NCBI GenBank assembly: GCA_032718475.1
Contig: JAUCBJ010000896.1
Coordinates: 1-64,000 of the forward strand
DNA: 64,000 nucleotides
Direction of reading: 5' to 3'
Origin: Nemertoderma westbladi
Lineage: Eukaryota; Animalia; Xenacoelomorpha
Shown here: piece after piece, positions 48,882 to 60,106 of the stretch
Layout of the letters: each line of letters starts with the position of its first letter
How positions within the stretch are numbered: position 1 is the first letter of the stretch
Notes under the pieces: generated by a model
The model's database searches: none
What the model was told of the DNA's origin: nothing
The model's input: only the letters and a program-made list of their open reading frames with translations
Position numbers and translations under genes: made by a program

Positions 48882-51785
48882 CCGCTCCATGAAAACAGGA
48901 TATTATAGTGCATAAAATATACGGTTTTCACCAATAATCAATCAAATTATAGAATACTTAGGGCGTACTTACATATTTACAAATTAAATTTCAAACAATA
49001 CTTCCTTTCTACATAATGATTCGATACAAAATAATTACAAATTCAAACTTTACATATTTAAGGCTTTACTAAGTAAGTACAATATAAATCTAAATTAAAT
49101 TCACCAATATAAATCTATTGCATCTCAATATTGCAAAATTCAAATAATTACAAATACAAATAAATGAAAATCATAAGAAAGGCTCGCGAGTCTTCCATCT
49201 ACTATTGCATCTCAAATATTGCATAAATTCAAATAATTACAAATACTTTTGTGCCTAAATATAGATTGCATAAGTTCGGAATAATTACAAATATGAGTCT
49301 TTCTAAGTACAAAACTTTCTAACTATAAAACTTTCTAAATAGAAAATATAATGCTTTACAAATGAAACTATAAGAAAGGCCCACGAGTCTTCCATCTACT
49401 CTTACTTTCTATCTCACTGTAAATACAAATACTGCTTATAAGATATATATTGCATAGTATTCGGAACAATATAAATTGCATAAGTTCGGAATAATCACAA
49501 ATATAAAATATAAATCTTGCAAAATACAAATTCTTACTAAATATAAATCTTACTAAATACGAGTTCTTCCAGAATACAAAACTTACTAAATATAAAACAT
49601 ATAATTCAAATAAATCACAAATTCACAAGAAAGGCTCACGAGTCTTCCGTCCACCCTTGCCCTCCCTTTTATTGCTTAGTAGATCGAGCCCTGCCTCGTC
49701 CTCGAAAACTGCGCACAGGTGACTTTGCTCGCGATATGGGACTCGTGGGGCGAGTCACTGGTTTTGTTTGGACGTTGGGAGACGGTGCGCCCGTTTCCTC
49801 ACAAATTCGTCTATTTGGTATCCCGAAACCTCTACCGATTCCTCGTGACCGATCAGTTGTCACTACAGTTGGTAAAACGTCTGGGAACGCGCGGGAAGCG
49901 GACGACGCAGACCCAAGAGTAGCTTGCACCCCCTTTTGATCAGCTGGTGTATGTCCCGATCCTCCTGTTGGTTCTCTAGGAAGCGATACCGTATCCCGAG
50001 TAATTCGAATAGTCGGCTCGACTCCCTTGCGTTCTTGTATATTAATAGACTTCTTTAATTGTTGGCTAACTTTCTGGACCCTTATGATCCTACCCTGCCC
50101 GTCCTCCCGAGGGTGACGTGCAGACGGCGCAACCAGAGTGGCTGGTATATTTGTCGCCTCTAGGATCTCCTCTTCCTCGAATACGCTCGCTCGTATACGC
50201 CTATGATAGAACGCGGCTCGGTACGCCCATGCGACGGTTAACCAAGCTCCTTTATTCCGCTTTTCAGTTCGGAAACGATCAAATTCACCATACGTGATAC
50301 GATTTACGACTTTCTGAAAATTCCACGTGTTCTTTTTGTCCGGGTGAATCTGTAATAGATACTCGCGCACCACTCGGAATCCACTGTCGTGAGGCAAGAT
50401 GTCGACTACCTTGATAAGTTCGTCATATTGGGGCATAGCGGAGATGTATCCTTCCGACATCATCGTTTGGGGATTTACCGCCCAAAATCCAAGATGCGCC
50501 CTCATCGGAAATCGTCTTCTTTGTGCCGATACATGTTCATCGGCTAAATCTTCCCACTCATCGAACAGTTTTCTCACGAGTTTTACAGATTCGTGTTCAT
50601 AAGGTATGTCTCTTAGTTGGCATTCAGATGCTCGATGCCCTTTTATATTGCAATAAGTACATTGAGCCATAAATCTCCAGCAAGTATAAAAGGTATGAGA
50701 CCCTTGATCTCCACACCATCCACAGATTAGTTGAGTCGTAGTAATGTGCTTTCCACTGCACTTTGTCATATGATGTCCAGCGACGCCACATTTACAACAC
50801 ATCGTATTGGCAGGGTACCACACTCGTTCATATATAAGATCTCCAATTGGTCGAGCGCTTCCTCCCACACTATAATCATAATCATCTGGATCTATGGGTT
50901 GGTGTTTCTGAAGGTTGTATACAAACTACAGCATCTGTTGCTTCAAGTTGTCGAATCTCCGTCTGAGATTTCTTCGGGAGGTTCCTTTCAATCTCAGGAA
51001 GTTCCTCTAAAGGATCGTCAGTGATCGTAGTCGTTACTTCGAAATCATCACCAAGGTGACCGATAGGCGCGCGCGTCTGCCGTGATTCATCCATAACCTC
51101 CACGATACGTTCTCCTTCATAGGGTAACAATGTAAATGTTAGGGTTATGATTGATGGTGTTATGCGGGACTGATATACTGTATGTATATAGGTAGGAGGA
51201 TTCCAAGGAGATACCGGTTACTACCTAGGTCAGTACGGCAGGAGGTAGAGATAGATAGATTCAGTACAGCAGTACATTGTATTCGTCCGTCCTGCTTTAC
51301 TTTATGCCGTCATACCATCAGTATGGGACTGCAGGTTTATAGGAATATATAGATATATATGATCATCACTTATCTTTATTATATCTTCACGTTTACCTTG
51401 GGAACTAACAAATGGCGCTGCGAGTTGAAAGAAACCTATGGGCCTTGATACTGACTAACTGGACTACAGACCAGGGCCACGCATTGCTGCTTTGATTAGG
51501 CCTATTGATTTGATACTACATCAGCAGGACGGTAATTGCAACTACAGAACTACTGACCAAATTGCTACATCAGTACAGACCGGTACGGATCAACCGTACT
51601 GAGGTCACTGCTACAGCTTTTACATACGTACCGTCTCACCGTCGGTTGCTACCGCCACAACCAGACAACGATTACCGTTGCTTTCAAAACTTCTACCTAC
51701 CATTCCAACCAGCCTAGACCGTACATTCCTGCATTCGTTTTTTCTTACACCGGTATTACAAACCGGGCTGGCAGGTGGGAAATAG
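48882..51785. repeat. Duplicate of 26457-29362: PPT, accessory ORF 3' part, Gypsy LTR (51137-51410), PBS and leader
   Basis: Near-identical sequence with a 2-bp deletion near 50903. Confidence 0.92.
49669..50868 (-). CDS. Duplicate triple-CCHC accessory ORF segment, open through all knuckles
   Basis: 399-codon open frame with three CCHC knuckles and FDEWEDLAD..RAHLGFWAVNP; frameshifted upstream. Confidence 0.75.
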   Translation of the reverse strand: MGGSARPIGDLIYERVWYPANTMCCKCGVAGHHMTKCSGKHITTTQLICGWCGDQGSHTFYTCWRFMAQCTYCNIKGHRASECQLRDIPYEHESVKLVRKLFDEWEDLADEHVSAQRRRFPMRAHLGFWAVNPQTMMSEGYISAMPQYDELIKVVDILPHDSGFRVVREYLLQIHPDKKNTWNFQKVVNRITYGEFDRFRTEKRNKGAWLTVAWAYRAAFYHRRIRASVFEEEEILEATNIPATLVAPSARHPREDGQGRIIRVQKVSQQLKKSINIQERKGVEPTIRITRDTVSLPREPTGGSGHTPADQKGVQATLGSASSASRAFPDVLPTVVTTDRSRGIGRGFGIPNRRICEETGAPSPNVQTKPVTRPTSPISRAKSPVRSFRGRGRARSTKQ

Positions 51786-51798
51786 TAATAGTAATAGG

Positions 51799-52010
51799 AA
51801 AACAATTTGCACCTACTAGGATTCGAACTCAATACACACTACATATAATTTCCAACGCTCTACCGACTGAGCTACTGAACCACTTGACTAATCATCGTAC
51901 AAATAGATATAGCAAATACAAATGAGGACTTAATGTAATCTTTAGCAAAGTTAATTCGAATAAAATAAAAATTTTGAAAATCCACAGCGTTTAGAGAATA
52001 TAATTCTATA
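51799..52010 (-). repeat. Partial family 1 LTR (first 212 bp) forming the true element end
   Basis: Matches 26245-26456 and is followed by TSD AGAGA. Confidence 0.9.
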
Positions 52011-52408
52011 AGAGACGTGACCCCGCGCCCGTGTAGAACCATGACCTTGCGCCCGTGTGGAGAAATGACCCCGCGCCCGGGTAGAGACGTGACACATCAC
52101 CCCGTGTAGAAGCGTGACCCTGCGCCCGTGTAGAGCTGTGATCCCGCGCCCAGGTAGAGACGTGACACATCACCCCATGCCCATGTAGAAGCGTGACCCC
52201 GCGCCCATGTAGAAGCGTGACCCCGCACCCGTGTAGAGACGTGACCCCGCACCTGGGTAGAGACGTGACACATCACCCCGTGCCCGTCTAGAAGCGTGAC
52301 CCGGCGCCCGTGTAGAAGCGTGACCCCACGCCCGTATAGAGACGTGACCCCGGGCTCGGGTAGAGACGTGACACATCACCTCGTGTAGAAGCGTGACCCC
52401 GCGCCCGG
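52011..52408. repeat. GC-rich minisatellite, last block
   Basis: Same units as 22320-24535. Confidence 0.95.
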
Positions 52409-54162
52409 ATTTGGAGTGTTGTAATTTAGTAACCTTTAATTTTATTATTCTTTTTTCACTGTTCAGTGACGCCCCTGTCTGTAACTGGTAGGCAGTCTGT
52501 TGGTAACTGGAAGCCAGGCGGCAGCAGTCTTTCTGTGAAAGTTAATCATAAGAATGTAATTTAAAGTGATAACTAACACACAGTGGTATCTATACTAAGG
52601 TTAGTTACTAATAATTGTTCTATAAAGGTCTTAATACTTGCCGCCTTTGATTGCCTTTATGAGACTTTATTGATTGCATAAGCTCTCTGCTCTCAGCTCT
52701 TTTCCTTTCGGCTGTAAATCCAAAAGGCGTCTGCGGCATAGAAGGGAAGTTTTACCTTATAAAGTGTGGGTTGGATGTTTCCTTAAACCCCGGTTTATAC
52801 ACTCAAAAAAATTTATTGTTCTCCAAACTGCCAAAAACATTATCAGTACGACAACATAATCTATTTAAAAAATATAAGAATGTGATGGGATCCACGAAGG
52901 ATCCCGATTTATCCGTTTGTCAATTTACGCGTCCCCGCCGTGTGTGAAAGGTAAAAGAGTTTGCGTTGTTCGTTGTATATAATTTCCGGGTATAGATAGG
53001 TATAGATAATGTGTTATAGTATAGAGTATCTAAATGTTGGTATATGGAAGGCGGGAAACGGTAATTGAAGTCCCGGTACTTCCCTAGCTAAACTATCCCA
53101 ACTAACACCAATAACATACTGAGATAACTGAACTGAATGATTGCTGATACCTAATAATATATTGCACGGTTTGGCCTTGCTACAGTAAATAGCCGATGCT
53201 TCCCCCCTGATTGGCTAATATCCTTGTTGGCGCCCTTTGGAGTGTTCCCGTTCACTCCAGCTATTCTCCCTCTGTTAGGGGTTTGGCCCCTGACCCTCAT
53301 TGTGCGTCTCTCCTTCCCACTTTGTTGGGGTGACACGAGTTATTGATTATCCAATCTCGTGGCCCCCAATATTGCTTAATGATTGACTTTATGGGTTCGT
53401 GTTAGCGGAATTGAATAAGCTAACACTCCCCCCCATGCTATCTTCCCGGTGAGAAGATAGCATCCACCTTTAAGTGCGCTACAATTCCGCTGGACCCCGA
53501 TCTAGTATCGGGTGTGGGGTGGAACTATTTTCTCTCAGAGCCGGCTTTCCAGGCCGCTCCCTATGGGTATGATATCGCTACCCGGGTTCGCCTGGCATCC
53601 CATGTCGGGCTGATTGTGCGCTCCTCTCACACGACTTTTGTTTCCCCAACACTTTCGCCACTTTGACTCCACTCCGTTCTCACCCTGACTCTCTTCTACT
53701 CCTCTTCTCTCTCACTCTAACTCTCGGACTTCCCTGTCCCTCACTCAGCCTCTTATCCTCCCCCCCCACACTTGAATTGCATCCGCGCTCTCTCCGCACA
53801 CCGCACTATCACCTTTACTCGACCCCTCTTTGACCTCCTTATCCTTTCTGACGAGTCCCACCCCCCTCCTGTGCTGTCGCACTCAAGAAGTGTGAAATCG
53901 TCTGGTGTCTCGTCCATAGTGCCATAGTCAGTTAGCCCCCCAGTCCCAGTAGCTAATTGAGAAAGGTTGTATGACTATAGTACTTACTTCGAATGTATAT
54001 TTCATGACTAAACTACTGATTACTACGTACGTACATACAAATTGCACTTATTTAATTATTTGCATCATTTTGAATTTGTACTTAATAGTTCGTACTTCCC
54101 ACGTGGCGCCTTCCAGGCGTACCACGTCCAAGTCTCAGTTTCTCTCTCCCAGCCCTGGGAAC

Positions 54163-55592
54163 CTATTTGTCCCTCCTGAGATAGTTCCCTCTGGCGTCCT
54201 CCTCCCTGGGTCGTTTCTTGGTCACTACCGCTCCTCTGGGATCCGCTTTCTGCCTTCGGACTTTCGCCGCCACCTCCCTACTGATCCCGGTCATTGGCTC
54301 CTTGGGCGCTGGTGTTATCAGTGCCCGATATCGCTTCGCCGGTGGCCCCTCCGAGTGGCCCTGTTGTCTCCCCCTGGTGGCGTCCCATAAGATCATCTTC
54401 ATTGCCTGCGGCACGTGCTCCGCCAAGAAATCCCTAAACTCCCCTCGGTTCTGTGGTGTCCACCTGTCCAAATACCTTTGTGTATTTATTACCCCGGCAT
54501 ACGACGCCGCCGTCGCTACCTCTTGATAGGTAAACGGTAGCCTCCTCTTTATGATCTCCAAGTGAGCCTCCTGGTTGATTAGGAAGAAACCCCAATTAAA
54601 CTCCTGGGCCTTCATGCGTTGCCGCGTCATGGCCCCGACGTCGGCCCATTCTTCGAAGATCCTGAACTTCTCCTCATCGTCCATCCAGTCGCACTGGTGT
54701 CCGTAGTGTCCCCAAAAGTTACACTTCGGACATCGGTTATGCAACCGTGGACACGCCCAATCCTGTGGCTCGACTCGCGGCAGTAGAGACAACTAGTCCC
54801 TTTCTGGAATCGGTACAGGCAGCTCATTTCCTGGTGGGTCTGTCTCCCACAGTAGTCACAGCCGAGCACCAATGTCTCCCGCCCCACGTCGTCTTTCGTC
54901 CCAAGCGATCTCCGCGGTCTGTGGAGTCGCTGATAGGCAAACTTCTGGACGTTAGCGTCCCTGTCTACGTCGATTTCCTCACCCCTCCCGGGCATTGTCT
55001 CCCCGAATACTACTCGTGGTGCCGTCCCCGGTTGATCGCCCAACCTGATAGTGCTCCCCGCGAAATCCATCGCCGGTCCCTCGTGCACCCAGGCCCGCTT
55101 GCCGGGTTTGTCCCAGAAGGCTCTTGCCCCACTGGCCGTCACCACCCTCCCGCCAACCCAGTCCGTGTCCGAGTGGCCTATCCTCTCGATGGGTGGCATC
55201 TCTCTGAACTCGTCGTCGTCCTCGTCCTCCTCTCGCAGTGGTTCCAACCCCGGTATCCTGGTGGACCCACTATGTCCCTTCCCGCCTTGGTTCTTGCCCG
55301 TAACTCTCCATTCCTCAAGCTCCCCTAGCTTCCTTTGCGGTTGATCGCCCTCGGCGCCTGCTGGTATGGGCATCGCTTGCAATCCCGACGTCGACTGTTT
55401 CGGTGATCCCACCGTCCACCCCAGTTCTTTCCCTAGAGACTCCCCCGAACTCCCTGACGAAGTCCAACGAAGTACGTCTAAGGCCATTTGTTCCTCGAAG
55501 CCGTAGCTCTGCGCCCTAGCTTCCTCCTCCCTCTCTTCTGCTTCTCTCCTCTCCCACAAGTTTGCCTGCCATCTCGAACTCTGCCCGATCGC
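54163..55592 (-). pseudogene. Family 2 accessory triple-CCHC ORF (frameshift near 54765)
   Basis: CDYCGRQTHQEMSC, CLYCRESSH/DWAC, CPKCNFWGHYGHQC, then FRIFEEWADVG..FNWGFFLINQ and a basic tail. Confidence 0.8.
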
Positions 55593-56641
55593 TCACCCGT
55601 AGGTGGTGCCTTGCCAAGGTGTGACGGGATCTACGGATCCCGGTTTATCCGTTGGGTTTTCTATCTACGCGTCCCCGCCGTGTGTGAAAGGTAAAAGAGT
55701 TCTGATGTTCGGTTATATGTATAAGGTATAATATAGTTGATATATAGGCTTTAGTATAGTATGGCACAGTTACCGGTAGATAAGTATGATGGCAGTAGCG
55801 GACGGTGATAGAAGTCACCGTTCCACCCTACTGAACTAACTGAGTAAACTGAGTGAATGATTGCTGTACAGGTAATATATACTGCACGGGTTTGGCCGTT
55901 ACAGTACTTAGTCGATGCTGTCCCCCCATTGGCTAATATCCCTGTTGGCACCCTTTGCCCCCCTCTGAAGTGCTTCCCTTCGCCCTTGCTGTTCTCTCTT
56001 GGTTAGGGGTTTGGCCCCTGACCCTTATTGTGTGTGTCTCCTTTGGGGCCTGTTGTCCCCGTTTACTGGGGTGACACGAGGTTGATTGGTAATCAACCTC
56101 GTGCTCCCAATATTGCTTAATGGCTCACTCTATGGGTTTGTGTTAGCGGAATTGGATAAGCTAACACTCCCCCCCATGCTATCTTCCCGGTGAGAAGATA
56201 GCATCCAACTCAAGTGCGCTACAATTCCGCTGGATCCCGATCTATTATCGGGTGTGGGGTGGGTCTATTTTTTCGGAGTCGGCTTTCCAGGCCGCTCCCT
56301 ATGGGTATGATGTCACTACCCTCTGGCGTCTCGTGTCGGGCCGATCGTGCGCTTCTCTCATACAATTTTTGTTTCCCCAACACTCTCACCACTCTAACTC
56401 CGCTCTCTGACTCAACTCGCTCTTACCCTCTCCCCACACCTGAATCGCACTCCTCTCTCTCGCCAACAGTTCCTCTCACTATCTCCTCTCTAATCTCTGC
56501 CACTCTCTAAGGCCCTGACCTCTAATGCTACCCCTGTGCTATCATACTATCTACCTACTACTCACTTGCTAACTATCTAACTCTCTTACTAACTCTAACT
56601 ATCTCTCTAAGCCTACTAACTTTAACTCTAACTCTTTTACT

Positions 56642-57330
56642 ACGTGGTGCTTAGGGTGCCCACAACCCTCTGCTACTACCTCCATCTACGTGGCGCTTGC
56701 GGTGCCCACAACCACTCTACTACTAACACTAACTAAAACCCTCTATCTACGTGGCGCTTGTGGTGCCCACAACCACTCTACTATCTACCCTCTACTACTC
56801 TACTACCTGGCACCCTATGTGCCCTCTCTACTACTCTACTCTCTGGCACCCTATGTGCCCTCTCTACTACCTCTATTCTATCTACATCTCCACCTCAACT
56901 AATACCTCTATCTACGTGGTGCTAACGGTGCCCACAACCACAACCGGTACTACGTACCCTCTTACTAACTCTACCAACTCTCTACTAACTCTACTAACTC
57001 TCTATCTACGTGGCGCTTGTGGTGCCCACAACCATTCTACTACTACTTCTACTCTGCTAATATCTTTCTACGTGGCGCTTCCGGTGCCCACAACCACTCT
57101 CTGCTACTACTTTCTACGTGGCGCTTGCGGTGCCCACAACCCCTCTCTGCTACTACTTTCTACGTGGCGCTTACGGTGCCCACAACCTCCCTACTACTAC
57201 TCGTGGCATGACAATATGCCACACTCCCTTACCCCGCCGCCTTCTAACTTCTCTACTTACTATCCTTCTACGTGGCGCTTACGGTGCCCACAACCTCCCT
57301 ACTACTACTCGTAGCATGACAATATGCCAC
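56642..57330. repeat. Array of hairpin repeats ACGTGG(C/T)GCTNNNGGTGCCCACAACC (9 copies plus variants) with G-poor spacers
   Basis: Copies near 56642, 56688, 56749, 56914, 57008, 57070, 57116, 57162, 57270. Confidence 0.9.
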
Positions 57331-57729
57331 ACTCCCTTACCCCGCCGCCTTCTAACTTACCCTCTACTAACTTATCTTCTGCTAACTATTATTATTTAAT
57401 TATTTATTATTATTTATTTTTATTTTTAATTAAATAATTAATTTCTTGTGGGAAGGGCGTCTCGTCTCGCCCTCATTCCCACCCCCCTCAGTCCAAATAT
57501 TGGACGACTAAACTCTAAGCTGCCCCTCGATCTTCCATCGATTCTTCCATAAGGCACTGTCCCGCTGTCCCCCTGCGCGTCCTCTTATCTTTCCACCCAC
57601 TTTCCTCGCCAACTCCAACTCATCTGGAATTGGCTCTCCCCCTTTCACCACCCCAAAATCGGGTCTCTCCACCACCTTCTTAACTATGTCCTCTCTTGGC
57701 ATCAAAATGCCATCTCTTTCTTTGTTGTC

Positions 57730-59214
57730 TCACGCTGGCAGAATGAATAGAAAGTGAAAGAACAGGCAGAACAGTAGTCCTATTCCTTTCCATCCTGCCT
57801 TCCTTCTCGACTTCCCCCTTGTCGGTATGCCTCCAAACCGGACCGGCATCTCTTCCGGACACTCCTCTAGACACTCCTCCAGACACTCCTCTGGAGTGTT
57901 GTCCTCCGGACACCTCGCCGTCCGCTCCGCTTCATCTCCATACCGATGCTTGCTGGGAAACCTACTCTCCTCTGCCCACTTTCTTACTGTCACCTCCCTA
58001 TCTGGCTCTACTATCTCCTCCGGCTTCTTATCTTCGTCCTCTGTGTCTGCGGTGCCTGGTAACATGCATCCTGATGTCTCTGTCACACTGCATGGTATCT
58101 TAGTTTTAACTGGGCCGCTAAGCATCCACCCGAACGGCGTGAGGATCGCCGTCGGATCCCGCTGCCTGTCTTCGCCGAAGACCGTCTTCGTTCTCTCGTG
58201 GGCCGTCGGGCAGTCCATCCCTACTATAATGGACACCTTCCTAACGTCCACCTTTGGTATTGAGAAATCGATACCATCCAGGAATCTATATTGTTCGACC
58301 TCAATGTTGGTTGGTCGCCTGGCGTTGATGTTTATCGATTCTATGACGTGGATGGGGTCGATCGTCGCCCCATAGTCGTATCCCGGTGCAATCGCTGCTA
58401 TCCTGCACCGCCCCACCCTCGTCTCCAGGACCTCATCTTTACTCGAGACGGTAGTCACCACCATTCTATTCGGCCTTGTCTTTAGCCCTATCTCTTCGGC
58501 CACCCAGTTCTCCACCAGCGTGAAGGCTGCTCCACTGTCGACCAGCATTAATGTCGTTACTGATCGACCGCCCTCTCCTGATATCTTTACTGGTACTACC
58601 CCGAGTAGTACTTTTCTCTTCTTCTTCTCTTCTGTCGTGCTTGTGGCCATTGCCTGGCCTCCAGTCTCGGACTCTCTAACTGCTGTTTCTCTACACTCTC
58701 CGGATCTGTGTCCTTCTACCACACATCGATGACATAGTCCGTTCGCGTCTGTGTAGGCTATACGATCTTGTTTGGGCAACGCTTGCCAGTGCTTACAACT
58801 CCTGGTCTTATGTGTTCCATCCCGATGTAATTGACATTCGAATCCTGGATCATAGCGTTCCCTGTATAGTCCCTCACGTATCGCGCCTAGGTTTATATGT
58901 ACCGATTTAGTGTTTTGGTTGTCTGTATTCGGCCTACTGGGTACATTGGGATTATGTTTATTTATGGTGTTATTTTCTTTCTGTCCCCGCCATGGTGTGG
59001 CCCTGCTACCAGCTAACTGTGGACTAGCAGTCCCCTGTGTGGCCGCATGTGGTAGTGATTGTCCGCATGACCTGTTCTCATCCAAGGGGTTCGATGTCCT
59101 TGCTCCTATTGGGGTATATTGTCGATATTGTGATGGGGGAATGTCACCCTGTCCCCCCCCCCCACCGGTATGTTTGGTACTGGGGTTGATGTTAATATAT
59201 TGGGGCCCATACAT
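57730..59214 (-). CDS. BEL-type Gag zinc knuckles and aspartic protease
   Basis: CQLH..H..SC, LCHRC..GHRSGEC, LLGVVPV..MLVDSGAAFTLV, IIVGMD, TPFGWML. Confidence 0.85.
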   Translation of the reverse strand: MYGPQYININPSTKHTGGGGGQGDIPPSQYRQYTPIGARTSNPLDENRSCGQSLPHAATQGTASPQLAGSRATPWRGQKENNTINKHNPNVPSRPNTDNQNTKSVHINLGAIREGLYRERYDPGFECQLHRDGTHKTRSCKHWQALPKQDRIAYTDANGLCHRCVVEGHRSGECRETAVRESETGGQAMATSTTEEKKKRKVLLGVVPVKISGEGGRSVTTLMLVDSGAAFTLVENWVAEEIGLKTRPNRMVVTTVSSKDEVLETRVGRCRIAAIAPGYDYGATIDPIHVIESININARRPTNIEVEQYRFLDGIDFSIPKVDVRKVSIIVGMDCPTAHERTKTVFGEDRQRDPTAILTPFGWMLSGPVKTKIPCSVTETSGCMLPGTADTEDEDKKPEEIVEPDREVTVRKWAEESRFPSKHRYGDEAERTARCPEDNTPEECLEECLEECPEEMPVRFGGIPTRGKSRRKAGWKGIGLLFCLFFHFLFILPA

Positions 59215-60106
59215 CTATCTGCAATAATTACCCCCTCCCCTGGATATATGTTGTGTCCCTGGAAATTATAGTCATGCTGCTGTACCGGTACCGATATAGG
59301 CCTATTCACTTCTTGCCTACCTACCGGTATGTACTCCGCGACTTCCGGGTTTAATCCCGTCGTCCGCGCTACCCTATCGCCTACTCTATCTCTCCCAGCA
59401 TGGCCTATAATAGTATGTGCAGTAAGGCCTACAGTATGTCCTGCAGTCTGCATGTGCCCTTCCGAATCGAAGTTTATTCTTCTCGAATCTCCCCGTGACT
59501 ACCGTACTCTCGATCGGCAGCTATATCACGTCGGGAAGTTTCTCTTCGATCCCCACTCCTGTTCTCTTCTTCGTATCGGTACATCCTGTACCCCTCTCCT
59601 GGCCTGCGGTGCGTTTCTCCGGGGCGACGGCAATCTCCCGAAGTTCGACCCCACTGACTCTCCGTCTCAATCTCTACTACTGACGGCTCGCTATCCGTCC
59701 TTGCTCTCCTGTTGCTCCTAGCAACGATTCTTCTACTCTCTCCACTTCTTCTATCTTCGACCTCTCTATTAAACTCTACTAATCTTCTCTCTTCTGACTG
59801 GGCTCGACGTTCCGTCGCCCGCCCTCTCGCGACGTCAACCTGTCTCTCTCTGCTCGATCGCACGCCGCTGGGGATACTCGCAATCCCCCTATTATTCTCC
59901 GTCGCCGGGTGTTGCGGTTTACCTAATTCGGCCCGCGCATTATCCGCCGACGCCTGTGGGACACTCCCTGCCCCCCTCTCTCGCTACTAATGTCTCGCGG
60001 TGGGGTGCCCGTAGTCCCCCCCCACCCGCCACTTCTAACTTCATTATCTCTCACTACACTTCTGCGTACCTCTTGTGGGGCATTCTCTGCCCCCCCTCTC
60101 TCGCCA

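Larger units (their letters stand above)
24536..52010 (-). mobile_element. BEL/Pao LTR retrotransposon, family 1 (composite: nested Gypsy and duplicated 3' end)
   Basis: TSD AGAGA at 24531-24535 and 52011-52015; LTRs 24536-26456 and 46961-48881 plus partial LTR 51799-52010; BEL-type gag/pol domains. Confidence 0.92.

Noticed and set aside
54100-57300. G-U pairs favouring the antisense strand in several hairpins
   Set aside because: Not consistent (leader hairpins favour sense) and explicable by mutation bias plus repeat amplification.
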